NCBI GenBank assembly: GCA_038496445.1 | Contig: JALMLS010000514.1 | Coordinates: 186,001-250,000 of the forward strand | Origin: Trichosphaerium sp. ATCC 40318 | Lineage: Eukaryota; Protista; Tubulinea | Reading direction: 5' to 3' | Length of the DNA: 64,000 nt | Part shown: positions 63,045 to 64,000 of the stretch, piece by piece | Numbering within the stretch: the first letter of the stretch is position 1 | Layout of the letters: every line of letters starts with the position of its first letter | Notes under the pieces: generated by a model | Database searches by the model: none | What the model was told of the DNA's origin: nothing | Seen by the model: the letters and a program-made list of their open reading frames with translations, nothing else | Translations under genes and position numbers: made by a program

Positions 63045-64000
63045 TCAGTATCCTGCTGCTTTGCCATACTTTCTAGATAAAAGGCAGTAAGTCAATCAAT
63101 AAATATGGCTTCTATCCCTGTACCTCTTATCACTAGCAGCTTGTAACATACCCTTATCGTCAATAAGAACAGCTTGAACTACAGCAAGGTCTTTTGTAAA
63201 CGCGACTTTATGTCCTAGTGACTCAAGCTCCTTTATCCAATCTGCAGGAAAGTCATACTCAGCCCCTAACTATACAAACAACAGTTAGACTAAGATGACA
63301 TTAGTAAGAGAACATACAAGTGTTGGGATGAGTTGTTGGTGAAGTCTTGGAGCATCAATTGCTTCTTTGATATTTTGGCCATAGGCAAGAACGTTCAAGA
63401 TTGTCTAAAGTACTATTAGAATAACCTCATTATCACGGATGACTTTCCTGCATTACAGCTGTGATAATAATAGAACCTCCCGATCCTCCTATTACAATAT
63501 GTGGCTCATTATTCTTATATACAATTGTAGGAGACATTGAAGAGAGTGGCTTCTTTCCAGCAGCTGTAACAAGTGAGACATTGTAAACAATTCTCAGAAA
63601 AGCAAAGAAATCAAACAATCTTCTATTTTTTGGGTATAAGTGATAACACGTACCAACGTAGTTGTTTACAGAAGGAGGATAACCCCATGCGTTTGTAGAA
63701 TTTACAGAACTAAAGTCGTCCATTTCATTATTGTACAGTATTCCTGTGTTAACGCCAAGGTACTTTGAACCAAATTCTAGATTTATCTATTATTTCTTTT
63801 AGTTATTTATCGCTTATATTCACTTTAAACTATCGTACTGTAGATGTTAGGGCTACGCCATTTCTATCTTTATCGATAACAGATAAATGCATTGTTCCAT
63901 GGTCCTCCATTGTACTACATGAAAGTGTTACTTTAAAAGCCTCTATGATGAATTCAAGTTACTTACGAACAACACTCTGTTAAGTCTTCGTAGTATGGTG
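63045..64000 (-). CDS. ggt: Gamma-glutamyl transpeptidase, 3' part (runs off window)
   Basis: DHGTMHLSVIDKDRNGVALTST (catalytic Thr), TGILYNNEMDDFS, KPLSSMSP, GGSGG, DAPRLHQQ and AASDKRK. Confidence 0.93.

Noticed and set aside
1-64000. CRISPR array, rRNA, or alternative genetic code explaining the fragmented ORFs
   Set aside because: No repeat-spacer array or rRNA-like sequence was seen. Fragmentation is explained by GT-AG introns, and TAA, TAG and TGA all serve as normal stops.

Overview
AT-rich (roughly 35% GC by eye), gene-dense eukaryotic nuclear DNA with many short GT-AG introns (mostly about 40-150 nt, with CTAAC/CTGAC branch points). It uses the standard genetic code and probably comes from a free-living protist (amoebozoan-like gene content; inference). 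About 22 genes can be assembled by hand from the ORF fragments: nine F-box proteins (SPRY, LRR, MORN-variant, Cys-rich and unassigned C-termini), a class C GPCR with a beta-helix ectodomain, a DH-PH RhoGEF, coactosin, a TBC/EF-hand RabGAP, a secreted alpha/beta hydrolase, a RING protein, PfpI/DJ-1, a GRIP golgin, a class II DnaJ, a secreted His-brace LPMO-like/CBM6 protein, a large hexapeptide-repeat/vWD surface protein, an NHL protein, a PA14 protein, a decayed nitronate monooxygenase and the 3' part of gamma-glutamyl transpeptidase. Most notable: (1) a tRNA-Thr(AGT) in a golgin intron, with a perfect 69-bp antisense copy of its own leader and 5' two-thirds that could mask it in the pre-mRNA; (2) about 60 copies of the palindrome CACGTG, mostly in introns, roughly ten times expectation; (3) an LPMO-like enzyme fused to CBM6; (4) a tandem pair of F-box/MORN genes that differ mainly in their repeats. 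Exon boundaries were read by eye and are approximate.
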